A DNA stretch of 64,000 nt from Octopus sinensis (taxonomy: Eukaryota), in contig NC_043005.1 of NCBI RefSeq assembly GCF_006345805.1, forward strand, positions 89,714,001-89,778,000. Reading direction: 5' to 3'. Of this stretch, positions 11,845 to 25,660 are shown piece by piece. The first letter of the stretch is position 1. The number at the start of each line of letters is the position of its first letter. The notes below the pieces were generated by a model, which worked only from the letters and a program-made list of their open reading frames with translations, was not told where the DNA came from and did not search any database. The position numbers and the translations under genes are program-made.

Positions 11845-13676
11845 TCATCTACTCTGGTGCCGATGTTGTAATGTTTCCTGCAGTTGGGATAATGATAATT
11901 TAACTTGATCTACTAATATAACAGCCGCTGATAGAATTTCTCTCCATCGTTCTAGTTCACTTTCATGTAATACTTGTTGTTTTAACAGCTCAGCCCACTC
12001 TTCCTGATTCTGTGGGTAATTATCTTTATTTTGAAGACCATTCTTTAAGTATGGTAAATATATTGTGTTGGCATAACTTTCTAAAGACCATAGTTTATAA
12101 AACAATACTGCATTAAACATGACAAGCAGTACCAATACAAAACAAACTAATCTGATCATTGTGTCAGCATTGAGTTTAATAATCTTTTCATCATTTGATA
12201 ACTGACTTTTTGAAGGTGAGGAAGGAGTGACTGATTTTGCCTTTGACTTAGAATCGGCACCTGGTCGTTGTACTGGTGTTTCAGATGTACTACCTATTTG
12301 CCGACGACGTTTGCGTACTTTTTTCTTTGATACAGAATGACTACCTGAATGGTTCTGTTCCAATTTTTCAGATTCTGCTTGCAATTCACAAGCTAATGAA
12401 TGAAAATATTCTGAACAACCATGAGCAGCATTTTTCTCAATTATATTTTTTACAATGCGCCACAATGTTTTTCTATAACGTACATCACTTGTTACTTTGA
12501 GTCTACATTTGGTATAAGACGCTCTAGTGATGCAATACCGGTGCTCAACATAAAATGATTCAGTGTAAGGTACAGAAGCCATTGTGGTAGAAGTGTCGAT
12601 GACATACAACATTCCAGGTTGACTCTGTTTGTAACACACCTGATTCTCAGTAGCTGTTGAGTTCTTTGGCTCCAGAGATGCTCCCAGTGCCAGAGTATAT
12701 GTTATTGTACGCTCTCGGTTTCCATCAGCATCAGGTTCTTCTGGCCAAGGAGGAAGGACAAGTTCATAAGTTTTCCTGACTTCAGCAAAATGCCTGAAAA
12801 ATGGAGAATCTGTGAAGAGATATTCAAACATCTTGTCCACTGGAATACTGAAGACTTCATTCATGTAAGTCTTAGAAAAATGTTCATGTCCAGTACAGAT
12901 AATTTTTCCTGTTTCCTCTGAAGGGCATTTAACAGGGTTACAACAAGATGGTAGACCTTCACCGTCATCACTCTCTTCTGTGGTATCTCCAAAATCTGTT
13001 AATGGTTCATCCCCATTAACAATGGGATCCTGGGAAGGCTCAAAGGCATCATCAGTAGCAACGAGATCAGTATCATCAATCATTTGTAATGGATTCTGTT
13101 TGAACCACATGCTGATCGGAGGAATCAGTTGGACAGTCCTTTCCAGCTATACTGCCATCTTCTTTGGTAATATGTCGATCTCTCAAATAATCAAGACCAG
13201 GAGGAGGAACATAATCATCATCACTAGAAGTTAATCCAAGTTCTTCTCCGTAGCTGATGTAAACCCAATGCCATTGCTCTTGCGGTGTCATTGGCTGATC
13301 CATCAGGGCATTTTGCCAAATCCTGAACAACATCATAAAAGTTTTGTCTCGAGTCCCAAAAGAGGTGAAAAAATATTTGTCTTTTTCTGTAGCAATTTGT
13401 ATAGCATTTGGTATCACTCGGGCAGTTTTCTCTTTGGTAATAGCACATATTTCCTTGCATGGAATAGTTAACACAGTTTCCCATCTAAATATGTTTGCAT
13501 AGAAGCAGACCCAGTTCTGAGAAATGAACATGCGACCATGCACAAGTATGTCTTTTTGAAGCGCACAAGAATAATCTACAATTAACCGTTCATCATTTGG
13601 TATTTCTTTGAAAATTTTCTTGTAATCCTCACTGCGTGATTTATAGGTAGGACTTAAAACCGGATATAAACATCAT
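11845..13676 (-). pseudogene. GRAMD1: Intronless GRAMD1/Aster (GRAM + VASt + TM) retrocopy with two 1-nt frameshifts
   Basis: VLSPTYKSRSEDYKKIFKEIPNDERLIVDYSCALQKDILVHGRMFISQNWVCFYANIFRWE (GRAM), then the VASt domain, a TM segment and the C-terminal helix, with no introns. Removing one T at 13668-13670 and one at 13078-13079 gives a 1830-nt ORF from the ATG at 13676. Confidence 0.85.
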
Positions 13677-14079
13677 TTTTATATCTCCCAAATGCACATA
13701 GATTTTAAAGTTGTGGTATTTTTTTGTTAGTGGTACGTGGAATAACAAAAACGCCGTTGAAACTTATTTGCAAAAAGAAAACATTACATAGCTTCGGCTT
13801 TTCGTTCTGGCTTCAAATCCTGCCAAAGTCAACATTGTCTTTCGGCCCTTCGGGGTCGGATAAAATAAAGTACCAGTCAAACATGGAATCGATATAATCG
13901 TCTAGCACCACTCTTAACAAATTGCTGGCCTTGTGCCCAAAATTGAAACAATTGTGTAATCTCGCTATTAGTATTTTTCTTTCTTGAATTAACGACAACT
14001 TTGAACAAGCGATATAATAAATCTATATATCTATAATAAATATATATATACATATACATGCATACATATATCTCTTTTA

Positions 14080-14295
14080 CTCTTTTACTCTTTTACTTGT
14101 TTCAGTCATTTGACTGCGGCCATGCTGGAGCACCGCCTTTAATCGAGCAATTCGACCCCGGGACTTATTCTTTTGTAAGCCCAGTACTTATTCTATCGGT
14201 CTCTTTTGCCAAACTGCTAAGTAACGGGGACATAAACACACCATCGGTTGTCAAGCAATGCTAGGGGACAAACACAGACACACAAACACACACAC

Positions 14296-14356
<61 letters not shown>

Positions 14357-14519
14357 TACGACGGGCTTCTTTCAGTTTCCGTCTATCAAATCCACTCACA
14401 AGGCTTTGGTCGGCCCGAGGCTATAGTAGAAGACACTTGCCCAAGGTGCCACGCAGTGAGACTGAACCCGGAACCATGTGGTTGGTAGACAAGCTACTTA
14501 CCACACAGCCACTCCTACG

Positions 14520-14520
<1 letters not shown>
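14080..14520 (-). mobile_element. tRNA-derived SINE (head, internal (TA)n, body, CR1-like tail)
   Basis: Head ggcgtaggagtggctgtgtggtaag...ggttccgggttcagt has A/B-box-like motifs. Paralogous to 17353-17840 and 36957-37105. Confidence 0.8.
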
Positions 14521-14576
<56 letters not shown>

Positions 14577-14927
14577 GAGACAGAACCGCCATAAAGTAAT
14601 TCAATTAAAATTGAAAGATATTATCTATAATAAAATATAAATTTAAATATATTATTATTAATATTGTTCTAAAATTTTCTATATTAAATAATACACATTA
14701 AAATGACGACGTGCTTTTGTGACAATGTATTCAAATCAACAATATTAAGATCAATAATCTCAAAGATTAATATTTCTTCTGTCCAACAATATATAGCCAC
14801 TCTTCAGGTCTCTATAACATAAAATAAATGAGGACGTTATAATTAAACTATACATTTATAAATAATCGATAAGATTTAACCATATTAAATAAAAGTAGGA
14901 GCATGACTTATCTTATTGATGAGCATC

Positions 14928-15020
<93 letters not shown>

Positions 15021-15026
<6 letters not shown>

Positions 15027-15283
15027 AAATTTAGAGGATTGACCACTAAAAGTGGACAGCCTGTATGCTAGATATAGACGTCAAAATCGCCATTTTCCAC
15101 AGAGAATGTGTTCTCAAGAAAAAATTCAGCAGAAAACCAAAGCGTAAAAATAAGCAAGAAAAATGAAAATATACGAAATAAAAAACAATTACCTATGTAC
15201 TAATTACTTTGGCGATTTTGACGTCTATATCTAGCATACAGGGTGTCCACTTTTATTGGTCAACCCTCTAAATTTTGTATGTA
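15021..15283. mobile_element. MITE-like element with about 70-bp imperfect terminal inverted repeats
   Basis: caaaatttagaggattgacc...gacgtcaaaatcgcca pairs with tggcgattttgacgtc...ggtcaaccctctaaattttg. Confidence 0.65.
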
Positions 15284-15375
15284 AAAAACAAGTTTTAATC
15301 TTCGAATTTTTTAAATATGCTAGGCCACTGGTTTTTATTGATTAATATCAATTTCTACCCTTATTTAATTATATA

Positions 15376-15419
<44 letters not shown>

Positions 15420-15439
15420 GCTATGTGTGTGTCTATGTG

Positions 15440-15640
15440 TATGTGTTTGTCCCCCACCATTACTTGATGACCAGTGTTGGTTTGTCTATGTCCCCATAAC
15501 TTAATGGTTAAAAATAAACCAATGGAATCAGCACCAGGCATAAAAAAGTTCTGGGGTCAATTAATTCAAGTAAAAGTTTTTCAAGGCAGTGCCCCAGCAT
15601 GGCCGCAGTCAAATGAGAGAAACAAGTAAACGATAAAAGA
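15440..15640 (+). mobile_element. SINE body and tail
   Basis: Same body and gcagtgccccagcatggccgcagtc tail as the other SINE copies. Confidence 0.7.
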
Positions 15641-15680
15641 TAAAGAATACACAGAAAATGGTAAATGTAATATCACTTAC

Positions 15681-15893
15681 CAGTTTAGCGTCAAAATTAG
15701 GGTCCGTTTTCGAAGCTGAGGAATGGTAAACATTTTCCAGGTTTCTACTCTTTTATTGTTCGATGAGGAAATGTTGACGATTTCTGTTTGAGGCAAAACT
15801 TTTTCATTCAGTTTGGCGATGTTGCTAAGAATTATGTTGGCATCTTTTGTTCTCTTTTTATTGAGGAGCCATCGGGGAGACTCGTCTAGGAAA
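15681..15893 (-). CDS. SLC22: SLC22 exon 6
   Basis: tttgcaag| acceptor. Reads FLDESPRWLL...FTIPQLRKRTLILTLN (ESPRWL motif). Donor TG|gtaag; 213 nt. Confidence 0.93.
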
Positions 15894-16476
15894 CTTGCAA
15901 ATAAAAAACGGAAAATCTCATCAATACAACCGCATATACACACATATATACGTACACATATTCACATACATACATACATACATACATACATACAAACATA
16001 AAGATATTGGTAAATCGATAGATTGGTAGATAGGGAGATAGACATTTGTTGAAGGTGCCATACAATGAGACTGAACCCAGAACCATGCAGTTGGGAAGCA
16101 AACTTCTTACCACACACCCACACCTGTTAAAAATCAAGTGAAGTCTATATTTAAAGCGTCCTAAAGTACCCGTCCATAAACAACGAATGTTTTCCCCGCA
16201 AAATTGGATTCAGACGGAGGTATAGGTGTTAGATCGGAGGTTTGCTTCCCCGAGAGAGATATCTAAACAAAGACTAAGGGTTCCTCACCCCCAACTGCCC
16301 TTTGATGGGTTTATGTTTCTCATCCTGGAGGGTGTCCGTCATAAACCCCCACCTCACTCCCATCCGCCTTCCCAAGCAAGCTTGTTAGGGTTGCAAGTTT
16401 AGCCGCCAACTATGTGACGAGTTGTACATGCATACAGACACACACACACATCCGTCCATCTACCCATACATACGTC

Positions 16477-16508
<32 letters not shown>

Positions 16509-16719
16509 CATATATACATACATCCATACATTCATGTACTCACAGTACATACATACACACATCCAACCATACGTATACATAGACGTCCATACACACATAC
16601 ATACATAGATCCATTGTTCATATAACCATATATGTATATACACATCCATCCATCCATCCATCCATCCAGTCAGCCTGCCAACCAGCCAGCCACCCACCCT
16701 TACATACCTTCATACCTAC

Positions 16720-16891
16720 CAGATATAGACGATGGCGAACACCAGTGACGGGATTGATATTATGATCATCAAAGTCTTCCAGGTCCTCACAAAGTAAGTC
16801 AGAGGAAAAATGATCACTAGTCCGGTGGCAAATATCATGTGGGTGGCCACGTTAGATTTCATTCTATTGTTCGCCGAAGAGACTTCAGCAG
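16720..16891 (-). CDS. SLC22: SLC22 exon 5
   Basis: aattccag| acceptor. Reads AEVSSANNRMKSNVATHMIFATGLVIIFPLTYFVRTWKTLMIIISIPSLVFAIVYI. Donor TG|gtagg; 172 nt. Confidence 0.92.
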
Positions 16892-17352
16892 CTGGAATTT
16901 GAAACAATGATGACAACATTTAAGCAAGATGATGATATAAAGAGGGAATTTATAATATACACACACATGCACGCGCATATGTGTGTGTATATGTATATAT
17001 ATAGATGTCATTAAAACACTTGTCTTTAACCGAATTTGGTTAACAATATCCAGCAATCAGACACCAATCAATGCAAGTAGAATACACATCGAAAGTAATT
17101 CCTTACGGATGACGAATAGATCTAAATAGCATTTAGAAGAATTTCAAGAAATTCAGAGTATTAGACCACAAAACTAGGGATAGAGAAAATCACATCTTTA
17201 ATTGTTGAATTCACCAAAGAAAGCCGTCGACCGTTTCTGTTGTATCGCCATATATAGATTCAAGGAATATCATTCAAACTGATACATCTGAAAATACATG
17301 TTAACACGTTTCCAAGGTAATCATAAAATTAGTTAAATGCAAAGTGAGCAAT

Positions 17353-17515
17353 AGGCGCAGGCGTGGCTGTGTGGCAAGAAGCTTGCTTGCCAATCACGTG
17401 GTTCTGAGTTCAGTCACTCTGCGTGGCACCTTGGGCAAGTGTCTTTTACCATAACTCCAGACCAACCAAAGCTTCGAGACTGAATTTGGTAGACGGAAAC
17501 TGAAAGAAGCATGTC

Positions 17516-17563
<48 letters not shown>

Positions 17564-17840
17564 AGGGAGAGAGAGAAAGAGAAAAGATGAAAAATACTAA
17601 AATATTTTCTACCTTATATATATGTGTGTGTGTATATATGTATGATTGTGTGTCTTTGTGTCTGTGTTTGTCCTCCATCCCTGCTTTACAACCGATGTTA
17701 GAGTGTTTGCTCCCTGTAACTTAATGGTTCAACAAAAAAGAACTGATAAAATAAGTACCAGGCTTTTTGATTTGTTCGAATAAAAACATTTCAAGGTGCC
17801 CCAGCATGGACGCAGTCTAATGACTAAAACAAATAAAAAC
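17353..17840 (+). mobile_element. tRNA-derived SINE with internal microsatellite
   Basis: Head ggcgcaggcgtggctgtgtggcaag at 17353-17518, (TA)n/(GA)n spacer, then body and tail. Confidence 0.75.
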
Positions 17841-18591
17841 TAGAAGTGGAGAAAATATCTCCGGTACACAAACACACACTAGGAGAACGTTGAAAAGAAA
17901 TATAACATTCTAAGAAAAGCCAACCTAGCATTAAACCTTTGATTACATCAGTCGATAACGAAAGAATAAAAATAAACATATGAATTCTACGTCACGGCAT
18001 CCAGAAATATTGAGATCCTACATCACAACAATCAGTTATCTATATATTAAATATACTAAACATTTTTAGAAAAATCATGCTTATTATATAAAATGCAATT
18101 GTAATTAAGAATCGAAATATTTAAATGTTTTCCAAAATTTGCGACATTTAATTGTAAAATTACCATTAAAATTTGATAATGTTAATTTAGAAGTAATTAC
18201 ATAATACATTTGTTTTCAAGGGAAAGATCACGTGTAGAATTTCCAATATTTTACAATAATGGAACACTTTAAATCATACTTAATGTTCCTGACTTTTAAA
18301 TCCCAAGTGATTTTACTAAGATTTGTAGAATTACTTTTTCATCTATACTTGAATGACACTGATTATGAAATCTAGATTTCCAATTGTTTGTAGATGAACC
18401 TGTGTAATAATAATTATGATCCCCTTTTATTACCTTACATTGATACACAATATTTTTCATTAAGCACTGATTTCCTATAGGACAAACGATTGTGGTTTTA
18501 GAATCACACAGGCATTATTCACTTGTATTTGGTATTCATGATTAAAAGAAGTTTGATTAGTCCTCATCTCAGAATTAGGTGCTAAGGCAGG

Positions 18592-18627
<36 letters not shown>

Positions 18628-19008
18628 ATTATTATTATTATTATTATTTTTTCCTTCTTTCTTCAAACTCTCTTCCATTTCTCGTCCATACATCTAGGGC
18701 AGAGAAGGACATTGTATGCATTCCCAGATTACACGCGCAAATTCACAGATAAAATATGTATTTAAAAATTAATAAATAAATAAATTCATGGATGGATGTT
18801 ATTTTCACAGCGATAATGCTCTTCTCAGTACATGAGCCGTTCCAGTTAATACGATTTTTTGCACTTCCTGTAGGGATGGTGAGCCTGGAATTATTTTCAA
18901 ATAGGTTTCAGTACCTTTTTTTATCATTCCTAGAGATCCTACAATCACTGGTACTGTAGTCGCCTTGAGATGCCACAGATTTTTTCAATTTCTATTAGCA
19001 GGTCTTTA

Positions 19009-19321
19009 TCTCTCTATATATAAACGGCAGTTTGTCTGTGTGTGTTTCTGTGTGTCTGTTAGGTTGTACCCTCACCCTGACCACGGCTTTCAACCGATTC
19101 TGATGAAACTTGACACACACATAGCCCAATGTCATAATTCAAAACTAACGCAGCGAAAATTTTGAAAACACAAACCACAGACTGTCTAGGGGACGCAACT
19201 CGACCTTTTTAACTAAAAAAATTTACCATCATTTTTTTTCCAGTTTTTGGCTATAACTCTCTAAAAATGCTTTATAGTTATTTCCCTTACAAACCCGAGC
19301 AACGCCGGGCGATACTGCTAG
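19009..19321 (+). mobile_element. Non-autonomous Helitron
   Basis: A|TC...CTAG|T termini and a 3' hairpin cccg-agcaacgc-cggg. Shares its 3' end with 54605-55241. Confidence 0.75.
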
Positions 19322-19329
19322 TATTTACT

Positions 19330-21480
19330 AATCTTGTCAAATTCTTTCGCCGCTATATTGTGATCACAGGGAATACTCATGTCAATTTATTAATCCTTTT
19401 TGTCTGATCTTTTATAATAATATCCAGTTTATTAGCTTTTATAGTCTTGTCGGTCTGCACGGGGAAGTCCCATAGAATCGACACATTTTCTCCCTCAGTC
19501 ACAGCTTCAGGATGATGTTTATACCATTTGTTAGCGGTTTTGATTTTATAATGCCGACATATTATCCAGTGTAAATACTGGCCAACTCTGTCATGTCTTG
19601 CTTTATATTCTACAGGTGCTAAGACTCTACACCCTGAGATTAGGTGGTCTATTGTTTCAATTTCATCGTTAAAGAATCGGCATTTTGGGTCAGCTCCATT
19701 TTTCATCACTTTGGCTTGGTAGTTCCAGGTAAATAAGCTTTGGTCTTGAGCAGCTAATATGAAACCTTCACTCTCTGCTTTTAGCCCTGAGCTTCGTAAC
19801 CATTGGTGTGTGTGTTTCTAGTCGACATCAGCTTATTTGCTACCGGCCACATACTTGCCATGGAGAGGTTTCTGTTCCCATCTGCTAGCTAAATTTTCAT
19901 GTGCTTTTGTCTTTGCAATTAATTTTATTTTCTTTGCAGCTGCAGTTGGCGTATTTCCTTCAGCCTGATCAATCTGGTGGGTATCTAAGAGATCAGCAGC
20001 GAATTTTTTGCTCTCTTTGAGAATAGAGTGAAGTCTTTTCAGTCTTTCATGTTTTCAACAAGTTTTAGCATCCAATCGTTGGTTGCTTCAAGGTATTTAG
20101 CCAGTCCGATTGTAGTGGTTTTGTATGTAAGTTCAAGCTGGATCAAATTTCGACCTCCCTGAGCTCTGGGAAGGTAAAGGCGATCCACGTCTGCCTTTGG
20201 ATGGTGCATCTTATTACAAGTCAGTAGCTTGCGGATTTTTCTGTCAATTTTCATTATTTCACTGGTATTCCAGTTAAGCAAATTGAAGCTATATAGAACA
20301 ACTGGTACTGCTAAGGAATTTATGGCTAACACCTTATATGCATTCAGCTTAGACTTCAGGACTGCTCGAACTCTTCTATAACATTCTTTCCTAACCTTCT
20401 CTTTCATGCTTGCATGCTGGATACCAGAGCCTTCATTTATTCCTAGGTATTTATAGGTTTGTTCCTACTCAAGTTCCTTTATTACTATTTCGACATCTAA
20501 TTCAATTGAACTAGAATTTACCAATTTCCCTTTCTTAAAAGTGGCTTTGGCACACTTTTCAAGGCTAAACTCCATCCCGATATCATCACTGAATCTTTTC
20601 ACAGTATGTAATAATCCTTCAAGCTCTTCATCATCTTTGCCATATAGCTTTAAGTCATCCATATAAAATAGATGGCTTATTTTTCTGTTGTCAATTTTGT
20701 AGCCATATCCTGTTCTATTCAGTTCACTTGAGAGTGATATTAGTGCTATGCAGAAAATTAGTGGTGAAAGTGAGTTACCTTGTAAAATTCCACAGTTTAT
20801 GCTAATGTTGTTTGAGTGCAATACTCCATTAGAATGATATAATTGGAGCTTCGTGTTCCATAGTGACATATTATACTTTAAAAAATCTGAAATCACAGGA
20901 GAAATTTTGAAAATGTCCAGCGATTTCAGAATCCACGAATGTAGTATGCTGTCAAAGGCTTTTTTTATAATCAATCCACGAAGAGCTGAGATTTCTGCGC
21001 TTGTTATGGCAGTTCTCAAGGATCATGCGATTAATTAGGATCTGATCTTTGCATCCGTATGAGCCTCGTCTGCATCCTTTTTGTTCCCTACTAGAATATG
21101 TTTTCCCTACTAGAATAGATGTCAAAATCTTATAGGTAGTAGATAAACATGTTATAGGCTGGTAGTTTTTGGGGTCTTTCGTTTTGTTATTTTTGGGGAG
21201 GAGGTAAGTAATACCATTTGCCATCCAATGTGGTGTTTTTTCCGGGTCTTTCATAAAACTATTAAATAGTAATACTAACATTTTGTGTGCTGACGAGAGT
21301 GATGAGAGCCAGAAATTTGGTACTCTATCAATACCAGGGGATTTCCACTTATGAGCCTTCGTTAGTGCCCTCCTTAGGTAGGCGATTGACATGTCTTCCC
21401 ATACCTGTTCTTGTAGATTTTTGCAGTCATCTTGGGTGCGTTTGATCCACTCTGCATTTTCATTGTATGGTTTCTTTGTA
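19330..21480 (-). mobile_element. R4/Dong-type LINE, decayed, abutting (AAT)n
   Basis: HKWKSPGID, YQPITCL, GILQGNSLSP, FYMDDLKLY, ARHDRVG..LHW, ANKLDII. (AAT)n at 21482-21552. Confidence 0.88.
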
Positions 21481-21482
21481 TG

Positions 21483-21553
<71 letters not shown>

Positions 21554-22014
21554 ATCTAGGTGCTAACTGTTATCAGAATCGGAATTAATTTTACTTATAG
21601 AAATCGAAATCTACTTTAAAAAAATTATCATTACAATTAATTTCACAAATCACACTATCGATTCTAGTCTTCTTTACAGATTATGAGTTACGCTATTCTC
21701 TAATTTCCCGTTTGTTATGTGCTGCTAAAATCTCAGCTAAATTTCTGGTGGTTGAATACAAAAGTTTTATACTATGGCGATTAAATAATTTCCTGTATAT
21801 ATTTGAAGGTGGGAAATATTTATCTAACGCAGCAAAGAACTTTTAAGGAATATTGGTAGCTATTGAATATGTGAAAGGTGCATTATGCCATATAATATTC
21901 CTTGATTCATTTGTTTTATTATTTATATATATGCTTCCTTTTGTATTAACATTATTACTATTTGATTTTTTTCTCACTGTAAATAATATTCTTAAATTTA
22001 TGTATATCAATAGA

Positions 22015-22166
22015 TTCTTCTTCTTCTTCTTCTTCTTCTTCTTCTTCTTCTTCTTCTTCTTCTTCTTCTTCTTCTTCTTCTTTCTTCTTCTTCTTCTTCT
22101 TCTTCTTCTTCTTTCTTCTTCTTCTTCTTCTTCTTCTTCTTCTTCTTCTTCTTCTTCTTCTTCTTC
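22015..22166. repeat. (TTC)n microsatellite
   Basis: About 50 units seen directly. Confidence 0.95.
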
Positions 22167-22467
22167 TGTTCTTCTTATTCTTTATGCTAAGCATATATTT
22201 GGTATCTACAGAGTTGGATCCATGCTTTTTAATAATGCGTTCATCTTCAAAACTCCGATCACATTTGTATCATTTTTCTTCTTGCTTTTATTTACCTTAG
22301 TTAAAGAAGATTGTTTGATGCTTTTATTTCCATCTTTATCTTTTTTACACTCACCTTCATGTTCCAGTTTATTTAATATTCCCAGAAATGACAGAATAAG
22401 TTCTCTCAACCTCTGGAACATCCTTAGTGAAACGTGTGGAAATGTATATATATATATATGTATATGT

Positions 22468-22560
<93 letters not shown>

Positions 22561-22812
22561 CTAGAGGGCATTACTATACATAAATGCCACACGCTAAGAG
22601 GGACTCTTAAAGTCAAAATTACCAAAATAAATAAATTTTGGTAGTTTTGATTTTCAGAGTCCCTCCTAGTGTGGCATTTATGTATAGTAATGGCCTCTAG
22701 ATAATATAAATAAATATATTTAAGAGAAAAATTGATGTTTTTTTTGTCTCTTATGAGGTTTTTTGTGCTAACTACTTGATAAATTCTTATAAAGATTTTA
22801 TCCTATTTTTAA

Positions 22813-22855
<43 letters not shown>

Positions 22856-23194
22856 CAATTCGAAAAATCACTTAGTTCAATTTGAAAAATCCACCAGAAT
22901 GGACGAAAGCGCTAATATATGATATATGATATAAGTTATATGATGTATAAAAACATGTAATATACAAATAAATATCTGTGAATATAAAACCATCCGAATT
23001 TCTGAGTACCTCATTTCTTCTAATATACAATACCTGTACATCATCTCCAAACACATATATGTATGTGTATGTATGTTTATGTATGTATGTATGTATGTAT
23101 GTATGTATGTATGTATGTATGTATGTATGTATGTATGTATGTATGTATGCATACAGATGTATACTTTGATGCTTTTATACTTTGATAGGTTTCA

Positions 23195-25660
23195 GCCAGT
23201 ATTGGTCCAGGCCATGTCTAACTTAATAGCACCACTTGGCAAAGTCATTCAAACCAGGAATCGGACAACATGGCCAGCTCAAGTAGAGAGTTATTGTTTA
23301 GGGAGACATATCCGGGTGTAGGAGGTTTATCCGGGATTTTTTAAAGGAATTTATCTAAAGACTTCTTGAACATTATGGGGTCTGTTTCTGCTTTAATATG
23401 TTTTGGTGTAATGTTAAAGAGAGCGGGGCCAATTGAGGTGAAATAATTGTGCTATATAGTTATGTGATGCGAGTATGATTTTTGTCCTGGGCAGATAGCA
23501 TGGGGCCCAAGTCTTGGGTGTATCTTAAAGGTGATGTGAACATCATTTGGACAATGCTTATTGAATATTTTCCACCTCATGCAGATGATGTAGTGTTCAC
23601 GGCAGTGGTGGAGAGAATAAGGTTTGAACTTTTCTAGTCGACCCCAATAGTGAAGGCCTGTCATGCCATCTATCTTTTTTGTAATTGACCTTTGCAGTGC
23701 TTCAGTTTTCATGATACTTTGTTTCGTGTAGGGAGACCACAGTGGACAACAGTATTCAAGGTGGAGGTCAAAAGTGGAGAAGAGAAGGATAAGGGAGTGG
23801 ATATCTCTTGACTGGACAGTTCTGAGAATCCAGGATCACATTGTGCGGGCCATATCGACTTTGCTGTTTATATGTGTGGCCCAGCATATAATGTTGTTCA
23901 CAATTGCTACCAAGTCTCAGATGTTGTTGGATGCCATGAGAGTTTTATCTGAAATAGGATACCCCGAGTTTCAGGGTATCCTATTTTCCGAAGTGGAATA
24001 ACTCAAATTTGTCCTTGTTCAGCAGCATAATATTCTTTCCCGCCCATCGGATTATTACAGCCAGTAGGTCTGACTGATGGCATGTCCGGTCACCCACTTC
24101 TGTGACGACCCTCTGGATCTTGGAATCAAAGATTCTTATGTTACTGTGCTTGATGATGTTAGTAATGTCATTGATATAGTGGGCCTGACACAGTGCCTTG
24201 AGGAACACCACTACTGACTTTGGCTGGCGTTTGATTTTACTGTTTCAACTACAACGTGATGGGTTTTGCTTGTCAGGATCCATTGTAATGACTTTGCAGA
24301 GACACGAATTTTGGATAGTATTTTCCAAGAGGATCTTATGATCCACTCGGTCAAAGGCCTTGCAGAAATCAAAGTAGATGACATCAGTATCTGATTCCTC
24401 TCCCAAAGCTCTCAAAATGTCATCAAAGTGATGCAGGAGCTATGTTAGACAGTTCCGTCCATTACGGAACCCATGTTGGTTGGGGTTCAGCACTCTGTTG
24501 CTTTTAAGAAAGTGGATTATCCGTGATCTCACCACCTTCTCAAATATCTTGATAATTGAGAGGTGAGTGAGATCAGATGGTAGTTCGCTGCAACGGGACT
24601 TGTTTCCCTTTTTGAAAACTGGGACAACAGACTGGAACAGAAAGTTTTCAGGAATATAACCATCATCCAGTGAGTTCCTCCACTCTTTAGCAAGAGATGC
24701 AAGTTGGTGTCGGCACACCTTCGGGGCACAATCAGGGAACCTATCAGGGCCTACTGATGAATTGTGTTTGATTTCGTTTATTGTCGCTAAGACATCATGG
24801 GCACCAAACGTTATGTCCGATATAGTGCGTTGATACAGTCCAGATCGGCCATATCAGGGTTTCTTAAAACAAAGCAGTACTGTTTCTGCAGTATCTCACT
24901 CATGGTTTTGGCATTATCTTGGAGATTGCCAATTTCATCAATTAGAGAGTCAACAGTGGAGACAGTGACCCTGTTTTGTTTTCGCAAAACAGAATAACTC
25001 TTTGGGGTTGAGTTTGATTTTCTCAATGACACATTTCTCCTCAGCTGTTCTTTGGTTATTGATGATGGCCGTAATGCATCGTTGGAGGTTATATGTTTTT
25101 TTTATTCGAGCAGGGTGATAGCTGTCGAATATATATGTGGTTGTCGGAGGTATTTTAGTTTGTTAATTTTTTTCTTTGTTCTTTTTATTTTTCTGATAAT
25201 CGTTTTTCTGTTTTGGGGAATTCTGCACTTAGTTTCCTTAATAGGTCTTGGTGGGGTGTGTTTAGCACATATGTTTGTGACGGTGTGCATGTGTCAAAGA
25301 CCACTCAACATGTGAGAGACCATTTATGATTGCGCCCCAGTCGGCATCATAGAGATCCATAGTATCTAATGGGTGGGCTGGAGAGAGGTCGCTAGGGTTA
25401 GCTTTCGGCTGGAGAAATCTCAGATTACAGAGAACCATGTCATGGTCTGAAAGAAGGGTTTTTTCCCCACTGAAATATTGTGTATTGTGTTAGTGAGGTT
25501 ACTGAATACAAGGTCTAAAATGTTCTGATATCTTGGTGCAAAGATAAGTGGGGATAAGAAAAACTCATTCATAAAGTCGAGAAGTGACTCTACTGCTTCT
25601 TTGTCAGCAATTGAAGTGGGAGGGTCTGATTTCAAACTGTTTGTAGACCAATCAGCACAT
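23195..25660 (-). mobile_element. CR1 family B LINE, decayed
   Basis: NQHGFRNGRNC, DF(C)KAFDRV, HPRLGP. Tail shared with 6823-6870. Confidence 0.8.

Noticed and set aside
16140-16410. GC-richer 270-bp island in intron 5 as a structured RNA
   Set aside because: No motif or second copy in the window. It may be a LINE 5'UTR fragment, but this cannot be supported.
17353-17425. tRNA genes
   Set aside because: These tRNA-like segments (also 14450-14520, 27816-27886, 36957-37025 and 37213-37280) are SINE heads without a full cloverleaf.
21853-22644. 263-aa ORF with poly-F/L/S runs
   Set aside because: Read-through of (TTC)n and (TA)n repeats.
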